From an uncultured Bacilli bacterium (GTDB lineage Bacteria; Bacillota_I; Bacilli_A; RF39; UBA660): a stretch of 64,000 bases of DNA. The stretch lies in assembly GCA_934096715.1 (NCBI GenBank), contig CAKOMQ010000003.1, forward strand, positions 5,721 to 69,720, in the 5' to 3' direction. Shown in pieces: positions 18,522 through 29,184 of this stretch; the first letter of the stretch is position 1, and every line of letters starts with the position of its first letter. Under the pieces are notes generated by a model. The model was not told where the DNA came from. It did not search any database and saw only the letters and a program-made list of their open reading frames with translations. The translations under genes were made by a program, and so were the position numbers.

Positions 18522-20225
18522 ATGTATACTGAGAAAGAAAGAAAAGAAATTAACTGGGGATTAGTTATTAAAAGAAGCATAGTTGCGTTAGGTATAATTC
18601 TATTAATACTAGTTCTAATATGGTTAATTGGTAAAGTTAATAGTCAAAGTAATAATAAGGCTGAAGATAACACTAAAACAGTGGATAAAACAGAAAGTAA
18701 ATCATTAGAAACATATTCTAAAGAATTTATTGAAAATATAAGATACATGCAAGAAACTGGAAGAAATTATTGGAATATTGCTGGCGAATTACCTACTGAT
18801 GGAAACTCAATAAGATTATCTTTACAAGACTTAATTGATAAAGGTTTATTACTTCCATTTAGTGATAAAAATGGTAAAGCTTGCGACCAAGAAGTATCTT
18901 ATGTAAAACTTACTAATAATGGTGGTAAGTATGTTATGAGCGTTAAGTTATCTTGCGATAGCGAAACTGCTACTGTTACTGAAACACTTGGATGTAATCA
19001 ATTCTGTGATGGTAAGTGTGTTAAGTTAGAAACTAAGAAGACAGCAACTAAAACAAAAGTAACTCAATATGAATATAAACAAGCTTATAATTCATGTGAT
19101 TCAAATACTAGTTGCCCTAGTGGATATACATTATCAAATGGTAAATGTTATAAAACTAAGGAAGTAGCGGCTATTAAAACATTAGTTAACTTAGATAAAA
19201 CTACTACTGCTACAAAAGAAGAAAACAAATCATGTTCTAGTGGTTATTTATCTGGAGATTACTGCTACACTAGTTATACTGATACTGCTTATGCAAGTTG
19301 TGATGCTGGATATACAAGAAGTGGTAATAGATGTGTTAAAACTGGAACATCTACTGTTAATGCAATAGCAAATACTAGAACTACTTGTCCTAGCGGATAT
19401 GAAGTAAGCGGTAATAGATGTGTTAAAAGAGTTAAAAAGACTACTGATTTAGTTCAAAAATACACTTATACTTGTGGTAGTGGTTATAAATCTAGTGGTA
19501 GTGGTGCTAGTATGACATGTTATAAGTATACTACTAAAGAAGGTAAAAAATATTTAGAAACATATCAAAACTTAGGACCTAGTTGTGTATACCAAGGAAG
19601 AAAAGCTAAAGAAAATTGTACAACAAATTGTAATAAAAAATATTATACTTATTATTGTACTAAATCTGTAAAAGTTACAGCTGATCCTATCAAGAAATTA
19701 TCAAATTCTACATGTCCTGATGGATATACTAAGAGTGGTAATACTTGTTATAAATATGTAAACTCATATACTGATGGTACAAATCATACTACTTACTCAT
19801 GTAGTGATTCATCTTACACATTAAATGGTTCTAAATGTACTAAGAATACTAAAATAACAAAAGATTTATCTTGTCCTAGTGGATACTCATTATCTGGTGG
19901 TACATGCTATCACTACTCTGATAACAGACATAGAGCTACTGTTACAGTAAGTTATACTTGTCCTAGTGGATATAAGAAAGATAGTAAAGATCAAACTAAA
20001 TGTATCTTAAATGGTGGTAATAACTACTATAAATATACATGTGGTAAAGGCCAATTCAGAACTGGTAGTGGCGAAAATACTAAATGTTATATTAAAAATG
20101 GCGATGTAGTTAACGCTAGTAAGAATACAGGAAGTTGTACTACTAAATATAAATATACATGGTCAAGTAATAAATCTATGGCAGGATGGACTGCTACAGG
20201 TAAGACAAGAACAGTAAATAAATAG
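18522..20225 (+). CDS. Membrane-anchored protein with ~10 tandem Cys-bracketed C-x-S-G-Y-x(2-6)-G-x(2)-C repeats
   Basis: N-terminal TM IVALGIILLILVLIWLIG. Repeats include CPSGYTLSNGKCYK, CDAGYTRSGNRCVK, CPSGYEVSGNRCVK, CPDGYTKSGNTCYK and CPSGYSLSGGTCYH. Confidence 0.6.
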   Translation: MYTEKERKEINWGLVIKRSIVALGIILLILVLIWLIGKVNSQSNNKAEDNTKTVDKTESKSLETYSKEFIENIRYMQETGRNYWNIAGELPTDGNSIRLSLQDLIDKGLLLPFSDKNGKACDQEVSYVKLTNNGGKYVMSVKLSCDSETATVTETLGCNQFCDGKCVKLETKKTATKTKVTQYEYKQAYNSCDSNTSCPSGYTLSNGKCYKTKEVAAIKTLVNLDKTTTATKEENKSCSSGYLSGDYCYTSYTDTAYASCDAGYTRSGNRCVKTGTSTVNAIANTRTTCPSGYEVSGNRCVKRVKKTTDLVQKYTYTCGSGYKSSGSGASMTCYKYTTKEGKKYLETYQNLGPSCVYQGRKAKENCTTNCNKKYYTYYCTKSVKVTADPIKKLSNSTCPDGYTKSGNTCYKYVNSYTDGTNHTTYSCSDSSYTLNGSKCTKNTKITKDLSCPSGYSLSGGTCYHYSDNRHRATVTVSYTCPSGYKKDSKDQTKCILNGGNNYYKYTCGKGQFRTGSGENTKCYIKNGDVVNASKNTGSCTTKYKYTWSSNKSMAGWTATGKTRTVNK

Positions 20226-20270
20226 TTTACTGTTTTTTTATTTTGTAATATAATTAGTACAGGTGATAAA

Positions 20271-21239
20271 ATGGCAAAAAGGAGAAGAAAGTTAAAAAAA
20301 AGCTTTATAGTATTAATAGTAGGTATAGTACTAATACCTCTGATATTTATAGCATATAATTTAACTATGAATAAGAAAGATGATACGACTACTAAAAGTA
20401 CTTCAACTACTCTAACAGAAGAAGATAAGTACTTTATAAATAAAAATTATAGTAAAAAGGAATTATCATATATAAATAAATTAAGTGATAAAAATAAAGA
20501 AAAACTTAAAAATATAGATTATATAGATATAAGTAATTATTATAATATTAAAAATTTTGATGTAGATAAGTATTCAAGATATGAAGCATATCATGAAAAA
20601 AACAAAAACTATAAGTATAAAGATATAGTAACTTATGTTAATATTGGAATAGATAATGAATTCTATACAAATACTTCTGAATCTCCATTTCAACATACTA
20701 ATTTAGTTTTAATCAACAAATATTATCACGTTGATAACGATTATACTCCAGAAGATTTAGTAGTATTATTCGATTCAAATCGTGGTGCTAAAATGACTAA
20801 AGAAGCTGCAAAAAACTATAAGTTGATGGTCGAAGCTGCAAAGAAAGATAACATCACTTTTGAATCGACCACTGCTTACAGGGGTTATAATTTCCAAAAA
20901 GCATTATATGATAAATACGTAAGTGAAGATGGTAAAGAAAAAGCAGATACTTACTCTGCTCGCCCCGGTTATTCAGATCATCAAAGCGGTCTTACAGTAG
21001 ACTTAAATGACCCTAGTGTAAAAGGATCTAGATTAGACGAAAAAGATTACAAATGGCTTTTAAACAATGCTCATAATTATGGATTTGTAGTTAGATATCA
21101 AGAAAGCAAAGTATTTCTAACAGGTTATATGGAAGAAAATTGGCATATAAGATATGTTGGTAAAGATGTTGCAACTATTATGCATGATGAAGATTTATGT
21201 TTAGAAGAATATTTAGATTTATATAAAATGGAATATTAA
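20271..21239 (+). CDS. VanY/M15B-type D-alanyl-D-alanine carboxypeptidase, membrane anchored
   Basis: N-terminal TM; SARPGYSDHQSGLTVDL and EENWHIRYVG zinc-peptidase motifs. Confidence 0.75.
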   Translation: MAKRRRKLKKSFIVLIVGIVLIPLIFIAYNLTMNKKDDTTTKSTSTTLTEEDKYFINKNYSKKELSYINKLSDKNKEKLKNIDYIDISNYYNIKNFDVDKYSRYEAYHEKNKNYKYKDIVTYVNIGIDNEFYTNTSESPFQHTNLVLINKYYHVDNDYTPEDLVVLFDSNRGAKMTKEAAKNYKLMVEAAKKDNITFESTTAYRGYNFQKALYDKYVSEDGKEKADTYSARPGYSDHQSGLTVDLNDPSVKGSRLDEKDYKWLLNNAHNYGFVVRYQESKVFLTGYMEENWHIRYVGKDVATIMHDEDLCLEEYLDLYKMEY

Positions 21240-21273
21240 AACAAGTTTCAATTACGAAACTTGTTCTTTTTTT
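21240..21273. terminator. Bidirectional intrinsic terminator
   Basis: AACAAGTTTC-aattac-GAAACTTGTT hairpin followed by a T run, between convergent genes. Confidence 0.7.
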
Positions 21274-21314
21274 ACTAACATTAATACATGACTTTGAATC
21301 TATAACAAACATTG

Positions 21315-22064
21315 TTATTTTTTATCTATTTTACCTTTAATCGCTTCAAGTATTTCAACTGGTAATGCAAATACAATTGTATTTGATTGATCAGATGAAA
21401 TATCACTGATAGTAGATAAAGTTCTTAAATGTAATGCACCTGGAGTATCACTCATTATTTTAGCAGCTTTAGCTAAATTATTAGAAGCTTCCACTTCTCC
21501 ACTAGCTTTAGTTATTACAGCTATTTTTTCTCTTTCAGCTTCAGCAGCACGAGCAATTACTCTTTTCATTTCTTGTGGAAGCGAAACATCTTTAAGTTCT
21601 ACGTTCTCTACTTTAATCCCCCATGGATCAGTAGCTTTATCAATTATTTTACATATTTCTTCACTAATCTTTTCTCTTTCAGCAAGTAATTCATCTAAAG
21701 TAACTGATCCAACTACATTACGCATAGTTGTTTGAGCAAGTTGACCAACTGCATAATAATAATCTTCTACAGCAAGAATAGCCTTACTTGCATCAAATAT
21801 CTTATAATATATAACAGCATTTATTTTAACACTTACATTATCTTTGGTAATTGTTTCTTGTTCTGGAACATCGACAGCCTTAGTACGAATGTCAACTTTC
21901 TTATAAAAATCTATGATAGGTATTACCATTTTCCAACCTGGATTCATTATTCTTTTGAATTTACCAAATCTAAATAATATTCCTCTTTCATATTCATTAA
22001 TTTGCTTAATGCTAGATAAAAACAGTATTAAGAAAAATATAATAATAATTAAACCAACTTCCAT
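21315..22064 (-). CDS. SPFH/band-7 (stomatin/slipin-like) membrane protein
   Basis: N-terminal TM, EYERGILFRFGKF, and a coiled AAEAEREK region typical of the SPFH family. Confidence 0.8.
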   Translation of the reverse strand: MEVGLIIIIFFLILFLSSIKQINEYERGILFRFGKFKRIMNPGWKMVIPIIDFYKKVDIRTKAVDVPEQETITKDNVSVKINAVIYYKIFDASKAILAVEDYYYAVGQLAQTTMRNVVGSVTLDELLAEREKISEEICKIIDKATDPWGIKVENVELKDVSLPQEMKRVIARAAEAEREKIAVITKASGEVEASNNLAKAAKIMSDTPGALHLRTLSTISDISSDQSNTIVFALPVEILEAIKGKIDKK

Positions 22065-22065
22065 A

Positions 22066-24255
22066 TTATTCTCCTTTCTTCTTAATTAATCTTATTTTTT
22101 TATCCTTCTTTTTATTATCTTCTTCTTTAGGTAAAGCATCTTTTCTAGAAAGATTAAGTCTTCCCCTATTATCATATCCTAGAGATTTAACTAGTATTTC
22201 ATCTCCTATTGACACAATTTCACTTGGTTTTTCCACTCTTTTATTATCTAGTTGAGATACATGAACTAATCCTTCACAACCTGGCCATAACTCAACAAAG
22301 CATCCAAAGTCTTCTACTTTAGTAACTTTACCATTATATACTTTGCCTTCTTCAACTTCACGAGTAATATTTTCTATCATTTCTCTAGTTTTAGCAATAA
22401 TATTTTTATCAGTATGATAAATTATTACTCTACCATCATCTTCTAAATCTACTTTAACTGCATCTTTATCATTGACAGTTTTAACATTACTTGCTTCAAG
22501 AATAATCTTAGTAATCATTTCTCCACCACGACCAATAACATCTTTAATCTTTTCAGGATCAATTTTAAATGTATCTATTTTTGGAGCATATTCACTTAAT
22601 TCTTTTCTAGGTTCACTAATTACATCAGCCATTACATCAAGAATTTGCATTCTTGCTTTTTTTGCTTGAGCAAGAGCTTCCTTTAGTATAGATTTAGTAA
22701 CACCATCTATTTTAATATCCATTTGAAGTGCGCATATACCATTTCTAGTACCTGCAACTTTAAAGTCCATATCTCCTAAATGGTCTTCTAAACCTTGAAT
22801 ATCAGTTAGAATAGTATACTTTTTACCATTAGATATAAGACCCATTGCAATACCTGCAACTGGTGCTTTTATAGGAACACCAGCAGCCATAAGTGATAAA
22901 CAACCAGCACAAATACTTGCTTGACTAGATGAACCGTTGCTTTCAAGAATTTCAGATACAACTCTTATTGTATAAGGAAATTCTTCTTCATTAGGAATAA
23001 CTTGTAATAAAGCTCTCTCTCCTAATGCACCATGTCCTATTTCTCTTCTTCCAGGAGAACCATATCTACCAGTTTCTCCAACACTAAATTGTGGGAAGTT
23101 ATAATGTAACATAAATCTTTTTTCATCTTCTATACTAAGTCCATCAAGTATTTGATGTTCACCTAAAGCACCCAATGTTGTAACAGATAAACTTTGTGTT
23201 TCTCCCCTAGTAAATAAAGCACTACCATGAGTTCTTGGTAAATAATCTATCCCACAAGAAAGTGGTCTAATCTCATCCATTTTTCTGCCATCACTACGAA
23301 TCTTATCATTAACTACAATATGTCTAAATACATCATATTTAACACTGTCAAATATTAACGCAACTTTAGTAGTTAATTCTTTCAATTCATCATCTTTCAT
23401 ATCTTCATTTAAAGATACATATTTATTAATTAATTCTTCTTTAATACGATCTAACTCAGCATATTTTTCTAATTTTTCTTTTATTCTTAATGCTTTATCA
23501 ACATCATCCTTAATATTATTAGTGATTTCTTCTCTTAATTCATCACTAATATCTAATTTAGGATATTCCATTTTAGGAACACCAATTTCTTCAATTATTT
23601 CTTCTTCAAATTCAATTAATTTCTTAATAGCTTCATGACCAAACATTAAAGCATCTAACATATCAGCTTCACTAACTTCTTTAGCTCCAGCTTCAACCAT
23701 GTTAATTGCATCTTTAGTTCCTGCTACTGTTAAATCAATATCACTAAGTTCTAGTTCTTCAACAGTTGGATTAATAACAAATTTCTTATTTACTCTACCA
23801 ACTTTAACAGCAGCAACTGGTCCATTAAAAGGAACCTTACTTATACATGTTGCAAGTGACGAACCTAAAAGAGCTGTCATCTCTGGTGAATTATCTTGAT
23901 CAACACTAAGTACTGTATTTACTATTTGAACTTCATTACGAAAATCTTCAGGGAATAAAGGTCTCATAGGTCTATCAATCATACGTGCTGCAAGAGTTGC
24001 ATTATCAGTAGGTCTTCCTTCTCTTTTAATAAATCCGCCAGGAATTTTACCTACAGAATATAATTTTTCATTATATAAAACTTGTAATGGAAAAAAATCA
24101 GATAACAAGTTAGCATTCTTACTAACTACTGTAGTAGATAATACAACTGTATCTCCGTATCTTACAAGAACTGCACCATTTGCTTGTTTAGCTAGTTCTC
24201 CATTTTCTACTACTATTTTTCTTCCATAAAAGTCTAATTCAAATACTTTTTTCAT
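22066..24255 (-). CDS. pnp: Polyribonucleotide nucleotidyltransferase (PNPase)
   Basis: 729 aa with two RNase PH domains, KH (GRGGEMI) and S1 ([15 protein letters not shown]). Confidence 0.95.
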   Translation of the reverse strand: MKKVFELDFYGRKIVVENGELAKQANGAVLVRYGDTVVLSTTVVSKNANLLSDFFPLQVLYNEKLYSVGKIPGGFIKREGRPTDNATLAARMIDRPMRPLFPEDFRNEVQIVNTVLSVDQDNSPEMTALLGSSLATCISKVPFNGPVAAVKVGRVNKKFVINPTVEELELSDIDLTVAGTKDAINMVEAGAKEVSEADMLDALMFGHEAIKKLIEFEEEIIEEIGVPKMEYPKLDISDELREEITNNIKDDVDKALRIKEKLEKYAELDRIKEELINKYVSLNEDMKDDELKELTTKVALIFDSVKYDVFRHIVVNDKIRSDGRKMDEIRPLSCGIDYLPRTHGSALFTRGETQSLSVTTLGALGEHQILDGLSIEDEKRFMLHYNFPQFSVGETGRYGSPGRREIGHGALGERALLQVIPNEEEFPYTIRVVSEILESNGSSSQASICAGCLSLMAAGVPIKAPVAGIAMGLISNGKKYTILTDIQGLEDHLGDMDFKVAGTRNGICALQMDIKIDGVTKSILKEALAQAKKARMQILDVMADVISEPRKELSEYAPKIDTFKIDPEKIKDVIGRGGEMITKIILEASNVKTVNDKDAVKVDLEDDGRVIIYHTDKNIIAKTREMIENITREVEEGKVYNGKVTKVEDFGCFVELWPGCEGLVHVSQLDNKRVEKPSEIVSIGDEILVKSLGYDNRGRLNLSRKDALPKEEDNKKKDKKIRLIKKKGE

Positions 24256-24304
24256 TTCTACCTTCCATTTCTATAAAAAAAAGACACAAAAATATATAAG
24301 TGCC

Positions 24305-24574
24305 TTATTTTCTTAAATTTAGTTTTTTAATTACTTCTCTATAACTCTTAACATCATTTTCTTTTAAGTAAGCAAGTAATTTTTTTCTTCTACCAACTTT
24401 CATTAAAAGTCCTCTTTTAGAATGAAAATCATGTTTGTGAACTTTTAAATGTTCAGTTAAATCATTAATTTCTTTTGTAAGAATTGCAACTTGTACTTCA
24501 GCAGAACCACAGTCTTTTTCATTCTTAGCAAATTCTTTAATAATTTTTGCTTTTTCTTCTTTAGCTAATGCCAT
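24305..24574 (-). CDS. rpsO: 30S ribosomal protein S15
   Basis: 89 aa; [35 protein letters not shown] is canonical S15. Confidence 0.95.
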   Translation of the reverse strand: MALAKEEKAKIIKEFAKNEKDCGSAEVQVAILTKEINDLTEHLKVHKHDFHSKRGLLMKVGRRKKLLAYLKENDVKSYREVIKKLNLRK

Positions 24575-24745
24575 TTTATTTCCTCCTTCTTTTTTTAATC
24601 GGTTTAAACATAGTCTAAATAACGGAAATCATTTCTAAACTAAGTAAAAACTTCAATAGTATTATACTAAATTATATGCTCCTTGTAAAGTATTTCATCC
24701 TTAAATTTCAATAATGATTTTATAAAAAACATTCTATTGTTAATA

Positions 24746-25483
24746 CTAATTATTTAAATAAATTATAAGTTTGTCTATAACTTCTTCTATTATATTTCCT
24801 TTATACTCAAGTTTTATATTACTAAGAGATTCCCATTTATATTCCATAACCTCTTCATCTTGAAGTACAATATCTTCATTAATAGGATATCCCAAAAAAT
24901 ATACCACATCTTTTAAAGTATTTATTTTATTAGGACAATAAGTTATTACTTCTCGAAAATTATTATCAAGTTTTATATCTAAATTAACTTCTTCTTTTAC
25001 TTCTCTTAAAGCAGTATCTTCTTCCCTTTCATTATTTTCTATATGTCCTTTAGGAAAACTCCAATATCCATTTGTTTGTTTTATTATTAACACTCTTCTA
25101 TCTTTTAAAATTATAGCACCACATGATTTTTCTTTCTTTAGAACAAAGTTATTTAAATAAGCTTTATATTCTAAAGGAATAATATTATACATATTTAAAG
25201 AATCTTTTTTAATATACATAAACTCTTTAGATATATTATCATATTCTCTATCAGTTAATGAATAACTATAAACATTATTTTTAGTATCATAAGGCATAAT
25301 TTTATCCTTTATAATAGATATACCAAACTTATCATAAACAAGTTTTATAAGTATATCATACATAGAATTAGAATTATCTAAATAATCATTTAATATATTT
25401 ACATCCATATTATCAGATGATTCAAATAGAAAAGAATCTTTATAATTAAGAATAAGATAAACTTTATTATTTATATAAAACAT
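24746..25483 (-). CDS. Nudix hydrolase with unknown N-terminal domain
   Basis: C-terminal Nudix box FPKGHIENNEREEDTALREVKEEVNL. Confidence 0.6.
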   Translation of the reverse strand: MFYINNKVYLILNYKDSFLFESSDNMDVNILNDYLDNSNSMYDILIKLVYDKFGISIIKDKIMPYDTKNNVYSYSLTDREYDNISKEFMYIKKDSLNMYNIIPLEYKAYLNNFVLKKEKSCGAIILKDRRVLIIKQTNGYWSFPKGHIENNEREEDTALREVKEEVNLDIKLDNNFREVITYCPNKINTLKDVVYFLGYPINEDIVLQDEEVMEYKWESLSNIKLEYKGNIIEEVIDKLIIYLNN

Positions 25484-26645
25484 TTATATCTACATAACCT
25501 TCTATACCAGGAATACTACCATTACTTGTAAGTTGCCACATATAATAGTTTCCTTGATAATTAGTCTTGTCAGTATAATGCGCAAGCCATACTTTATTAT
25601 TTTTATTAGTTGTATCCCAAACATTATCTAAATAATATTTACTACTGTAAAGCATTGCATCCATTTTATTTTTCTTAAGTTCACTTTTAAAAGCATTATA
25701 TACTTCATTTATATCATGAAAGCTCATATTATAACTACTCCACTTAGACCAGTTTTCCCAGTCATAAGCAACAGGTAAGTCAAATTCTTTATCTTTTAAT
25801 TCTTTAACCATCCATTTAACTTGTTTTTTTACCATTTTAGGAGTATTTGCACTTGAATACATATAAATCCCAACTTGCAATCCATTCTTTTTAGCATTTT
25901 CATAATTCTTTTCAAAATAAGCATCAACACTCATTTCTTTATCATAATGTGATTGAATACCCATACGCATAATTACAAAGTCACATCCTGCATCTTTAAC
26001 GCTTTTAAAATCGATTTCTTTTTGCCATCTTGATACATCTATACCAACAAGAGTATTATCAGTTTTATGTTTACTTACTATATCACTAAAAAGTACTGGT
26101 GTAACTTCTTTAGGAGTAACACTATTCTTAGGATATTCTTTTATTACATTTAGTTTAATACTTTTAGTTTCTTTATTACCACTAGAATCTGTTACAATAA
26201 CATCACCAGTATAAGTACCAACTTTTTCATAATCAACATCAATTTCGACATCACATTTTGGCTTTTTATCATAGTTATCTCCATAAAATAAATGATCACA
26301 AAAATTATATTCTTCGCCAATTAATGTAGTTTTATTAGTACCTCCTAATATTTTAGGAACTTCTGTATCTACCACTTTAATACTTGTTTGATATATATAT
26401 TTTTTCTTATTATACTTATATTCTATTTCTATATCTTTATTACCTAGAGAATTTGTATTAATTTTATCTTTTTTATTTAATACTTCAACATTATTATCTC
26501 TTAAGATATCTTTTATAGAAGCATCATTATATACTTCTACTTCTTTTAATAATTCTAACTCTACTCCTTTAGGAAGAGTATCACTTATTCTTGTGCATCC
26601 ACTAAGAGTTAATAAAATAGTTATTAAACCTAATAATTTCTTCAT
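25467..26645 (-). CDS. Lipoprotein with Ig-like (DUF5011-type) domain and GH25 muramidase domain
   Basis: Likely start MKKLLGLITILLTLSGC (lipobox). GTYTGDVIVTDSSGNKETKSIKLNV is Ig-like. GH25 signature: GIDVSRWQKEIDFKSVKDAGCDFVIMRMG. Confidence 0.7.
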   Translation of the reverse strand: MKKLLGLITILLTLSGCTRISDTLPKGVELELLKEVEVYNDASIKDILRDNNVEVLNKKDKINTNSLGNKDIEIEYKYNKKKYIYQTSIKVVDTEVPKILGGTNKTTLIGEEYNFCDHLFYGDNYDKKPKCDVEIDVDYEKVGTYTGDVIVTDSSGNKETKSIKLNVIKEYPKNSVTPKEVTPVLFSDIVSKHKTDNTLVGIDVSRWQKEIDFKSVKDAGCDFVIMRMGIQSHYDKEMSVDAYFEKNYENAKKNGLQVGIYMYSSANTPKMVKKQVKWMVKELKDKEFDLPVAYDWENWSKWSSYNMSFHDINEVYNAFKSELKKNKMDAMLYSSKYYLDNVWDTTNKNNKVWLAHYTDKTNYQGNYYMWQLTSNGSIPGIEGYVDINVLYK

Positions 26646-26726
26646 AAATACCACCAGAATTATATTATCAAATTTTGACTTTTTAAGCAACGATTTTTGA
26701 TATATAATATTTGCAAGGTGATTAGT

Positions 26727-27485
26727 ATGAAATTATATATTGATGCAAAATCTGAAATTAATGATAATGATTTAAAAGAAGCTAGTAATTTAATAAGAAA
26801 TGGAGAACTAGTTATATTCCCTACTGAGACCGTATACGGCATTGGTGCAAACGGACTTGACGCCGAAGCTTGTAAGAAAATTTTTACTGCTAAAGGACGT
26901 GTTAGTGATAACCCATTAATACTTCACGTAAGCAATGTAGATATGATTAAAACAATTACTAAAAATATTACTGAAATTGAAAAAAAATTAATAGACACAT
27001 ATTTCCCCGGCCCCTTAACTATAATTTTTAATAAAAGTGATATAGTTCCACCTATAGTAACCGGTGGTTTAGATACTGTCGGCGTAAGAATGCCTAGTAA
27101 CGAAATTGCGAACAAATTAATTAGTTATGCTCAAGTCCCCATCGCAGCACCTTCTGCTAACATATCAGGGCGTCCTAGTGGAACATATGTAAACGATATA
27201 ATAGGTGAACTAGAAAATAAGGTTTCATGCATTATTAATGGCGGTGACACAGATATTGGGCTTGAATCAACTGTAATTAAAGTTGAAAATGATGAGATTA
27301 TTATTTTAAGGCCTGGCAAAATAACTCTTGAAGATTTTCAAGAAAAAGGGTTTAATGCAAGACTTGATGAAAATATATTTAAAACTATAAGTAAAAACGA
27401 TACTGTTTTATCTCCAGGAATGAAATATAAACATTACGCACCAAAGAAAAAAAGTTCGCCTTTTAATTTATTCCCCCAATTTTGA
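26727..27485 (+). CDS. tsaC: L-threonylcarbamoyladenylate synthase, YrdC domain (Sua5-type gene with disrupted C-terminus)
   Basis: Start MKLYIDAK. Motifs are VIFPTETVYGIGAN, KGRVSDNPLILHV, PGPLTIIF, VGVRMP and APSANISGRPS. The reading frame ends 14 codons after KYKHYAP. Confidence 0.75.
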   Translation: MKLYIDAKSEINDNDLKEASNLIRNGELVIFPTETVYGIGANGLDAEACKKIFTAKGRVSDNPLILHVSNVDMIKTITKNITEIEKKLIDTYFPGPLTIIFNKSDIVPPIVTGGLDTVGVRMPSNEIANKLISYAQVPIAAPSANISGRPSGTYVNDIIGELENKVSCIINGGDTDIGLESTVIKVENDEIIILRPGKITLEDFQEKGFNARLDENIFKTISKNDTVLSPGMKYKHYAPKKKSSPFNLFPQF

Positions 27486-27757
27486 CAAATTTATTGAGAA
27501 AGTTAACGAATTAGAAAAAGATAATAATTTGGTTGTTAGTGTGCAGGAAGAATAATATAAATAAATTTAAAAATGCCATTAATATGGGAGAAACACTAGA
27601 AGAAATATCTCATAATATATTTCATATATTAAGAGAAATTGACAATACAAGTTATGATTTAGTAGTAATTGAAGGAGTTAAAAAAGAAAAACTTGGTACT
27701 GCAATAATGAATCGGCTTATAACGGCTTGCTCTCACAATTATATAGAGTTCAAATAA
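27454..27757 (+). pseudogene. Frameshifted remnant of the Sua5 C-terminal domain
   Basis: Frame +1 from 27454 reads VRLLIYSPNFDKFIEKVNELEKDNNLVVSVQEE*. Frame +2 (ORF 27533-27757) reads ...EEISHNIFHILREID...VVIEGVKKEKLGTAIMNRLITAC, the Sua5-domain ending. Two shifts are needed to join these to 26727-27485. Confidence 0.55.
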
Positions 27758-27790
27758 AGCATGAATACTTACCGCATTCATGCTTTATTA
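27757..27790. terminator. Bidirectional terminator
   Basis: AAGCATGAAT-acttaccgc-ATTCATGCTT hairpin between convergent genes. Confidence 0.6.
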
Positions 27791-29109
27791 TTTGTTTTAA
27801 TTGAATTAATTATTTGAGTTCTATAATTTTCACAATCATTACTATTTTTAGTTCCATCTTCATATTTTAATAAATATACTTTATTATTTTTTACAACACC
27901 GTAATAGTAAACAGTACTAAATGAATCTTTAGTTTTAAACCAATACCAATCTAAATTATTTATAGTATTTTTTGTTACATCAATATCAATATCATTTTTA
28001 TAATACTTTGCCATTTGTTTAATTAAAGATTCACTAGTACTATATCCTTTTATAGATTCAAAAGTAAATTCACACTTATTAAAGTCACTTTCTTCTTCTT
28101 TAAAAGAATAAGAATAATTAAAGGTTTCTGAATTATTTGTAAATACACCTGGAACACTCATAATAAATTCATCTTTCATAATAAGAGTGGTGTTTGTTAT
28201 AGTAGCACCATCGTATTCACCTGTAGCGTTAAAGTCTATATTATTAATTCCATCTTGTAATTTTTTATTAAATGATTCCATTATTGAGTCCATATTTGAT
28301 GATAAAAAACTCATTCCAGCGTACATTAAAGCAAAAGCAAGTAAAAAAGTAATAATTATTTCTAAGAGTAAACCTAAGAATATATTACCTACACTTACTC
28401 CACCACTTTTCATACAAATCAATTTTATATCTTTTGGCTGCCTATGAACATTAGCATTCTTTATTTTATTTACTCTTTTTTTAGCATAATTAACATAAAA
28501 TTTATTGAAAAATAATCCAACTAATATATTAAAAACAATTGATATTGGAATCACCTTAAATATTCCTTGAATTATTAGCACTAATAAAAAGTATAATATT
28601 GCATATCCAGTTAACTTACGATAGAACATGTAAGCACCAGTAAAGAAAAATGCTGAGATATTAAATTGTCTAGTAGTTAATTTTTCATAGTTATTACCTA
28701 TAAAAGCTTTAAGTAGTTCTTCATCCAATTCTTTATCATGATCATCACTTAAATTACTAGTGTATGTTGGTGTAGTTATTGGAGCATTCACTGGTTCATA
28801 AGAAATATTAGAATTAAAATTATTTATTTGTTCTCGATCTATTTCTTCACTACTTGTCAAAGTAGATTCTTGTACATTTCTATTTGCTAGTTCTTCGTTT
28901 TGTTTATTTAGAGTTTGATTATTAACTGCTGGTGTATCCAGTACTTCTAAAGTTTCTATTTCTTCTTGAGTTTCAGTTACTACACCATTATTTACTGGAG
29001 TTTCTGTAGGTTGATTTAAGTTTTGCATAGATAAAGCAGTTTCTAAATCAATATTTACAACTGAATTTGAATCTATATTTGTATTTTGATTATTATTTTC
29101 ATTATTCAT
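27778..29109 (-). CDS. Membrane protein with N/Q/T-rich N-terminus, multi-TM core and C-terminal soluble domain
   Basis: 443-aa ORF. The TM region (FNISAFFFTGAYMFYRKLTGYAILYFLLVLII) is DUF2628-like. Confidence 0.45.
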   Translation of the reverse strand: MNNENNNQNTNIDSNSVVNIDLETALSMQNLNQPTETPVNNGVVTETQEEIETLEVLDTPAVNNQTLNKQNEELANRNVQESTLTSSEEIDREQINNFNSNISYEPVNAPITTPTYTSNLSDDHDKELDEELLKAFIGNNYEKLTTRQFNISAFFFTGAYMFYRKLTGYAILYFLLVLIIQGIFKVIPISIVFNILVGLFFNKFYVNYAKKRVNKIKNANVHRQPKDIKLICMKSGGVSVGNIFLGLLLEIIITFLLAFALMYAGMSFLSSNMDSIMESFNKKLQDGINNIDFNATGEYDGATITNTTLIMKDEFIMSVPGVFTNNSETFNYSYSFKEEESDFNKCEFTFESIKGYSTSESLIKQMAKYYKNDIDIDVTKNTINNLDWYWFKTKDSFSTVYYYGVVKNNKVYLLKYEDGTKNSNDCENYRTQIINSIKTNNKA

Positions 29110-29184
29110 AATATATTTCCCTTCTCTATAATAAGAATATTATGTTTTCAAGAAAGTGTCAACCTAGAATGCAACTGTTTACAT

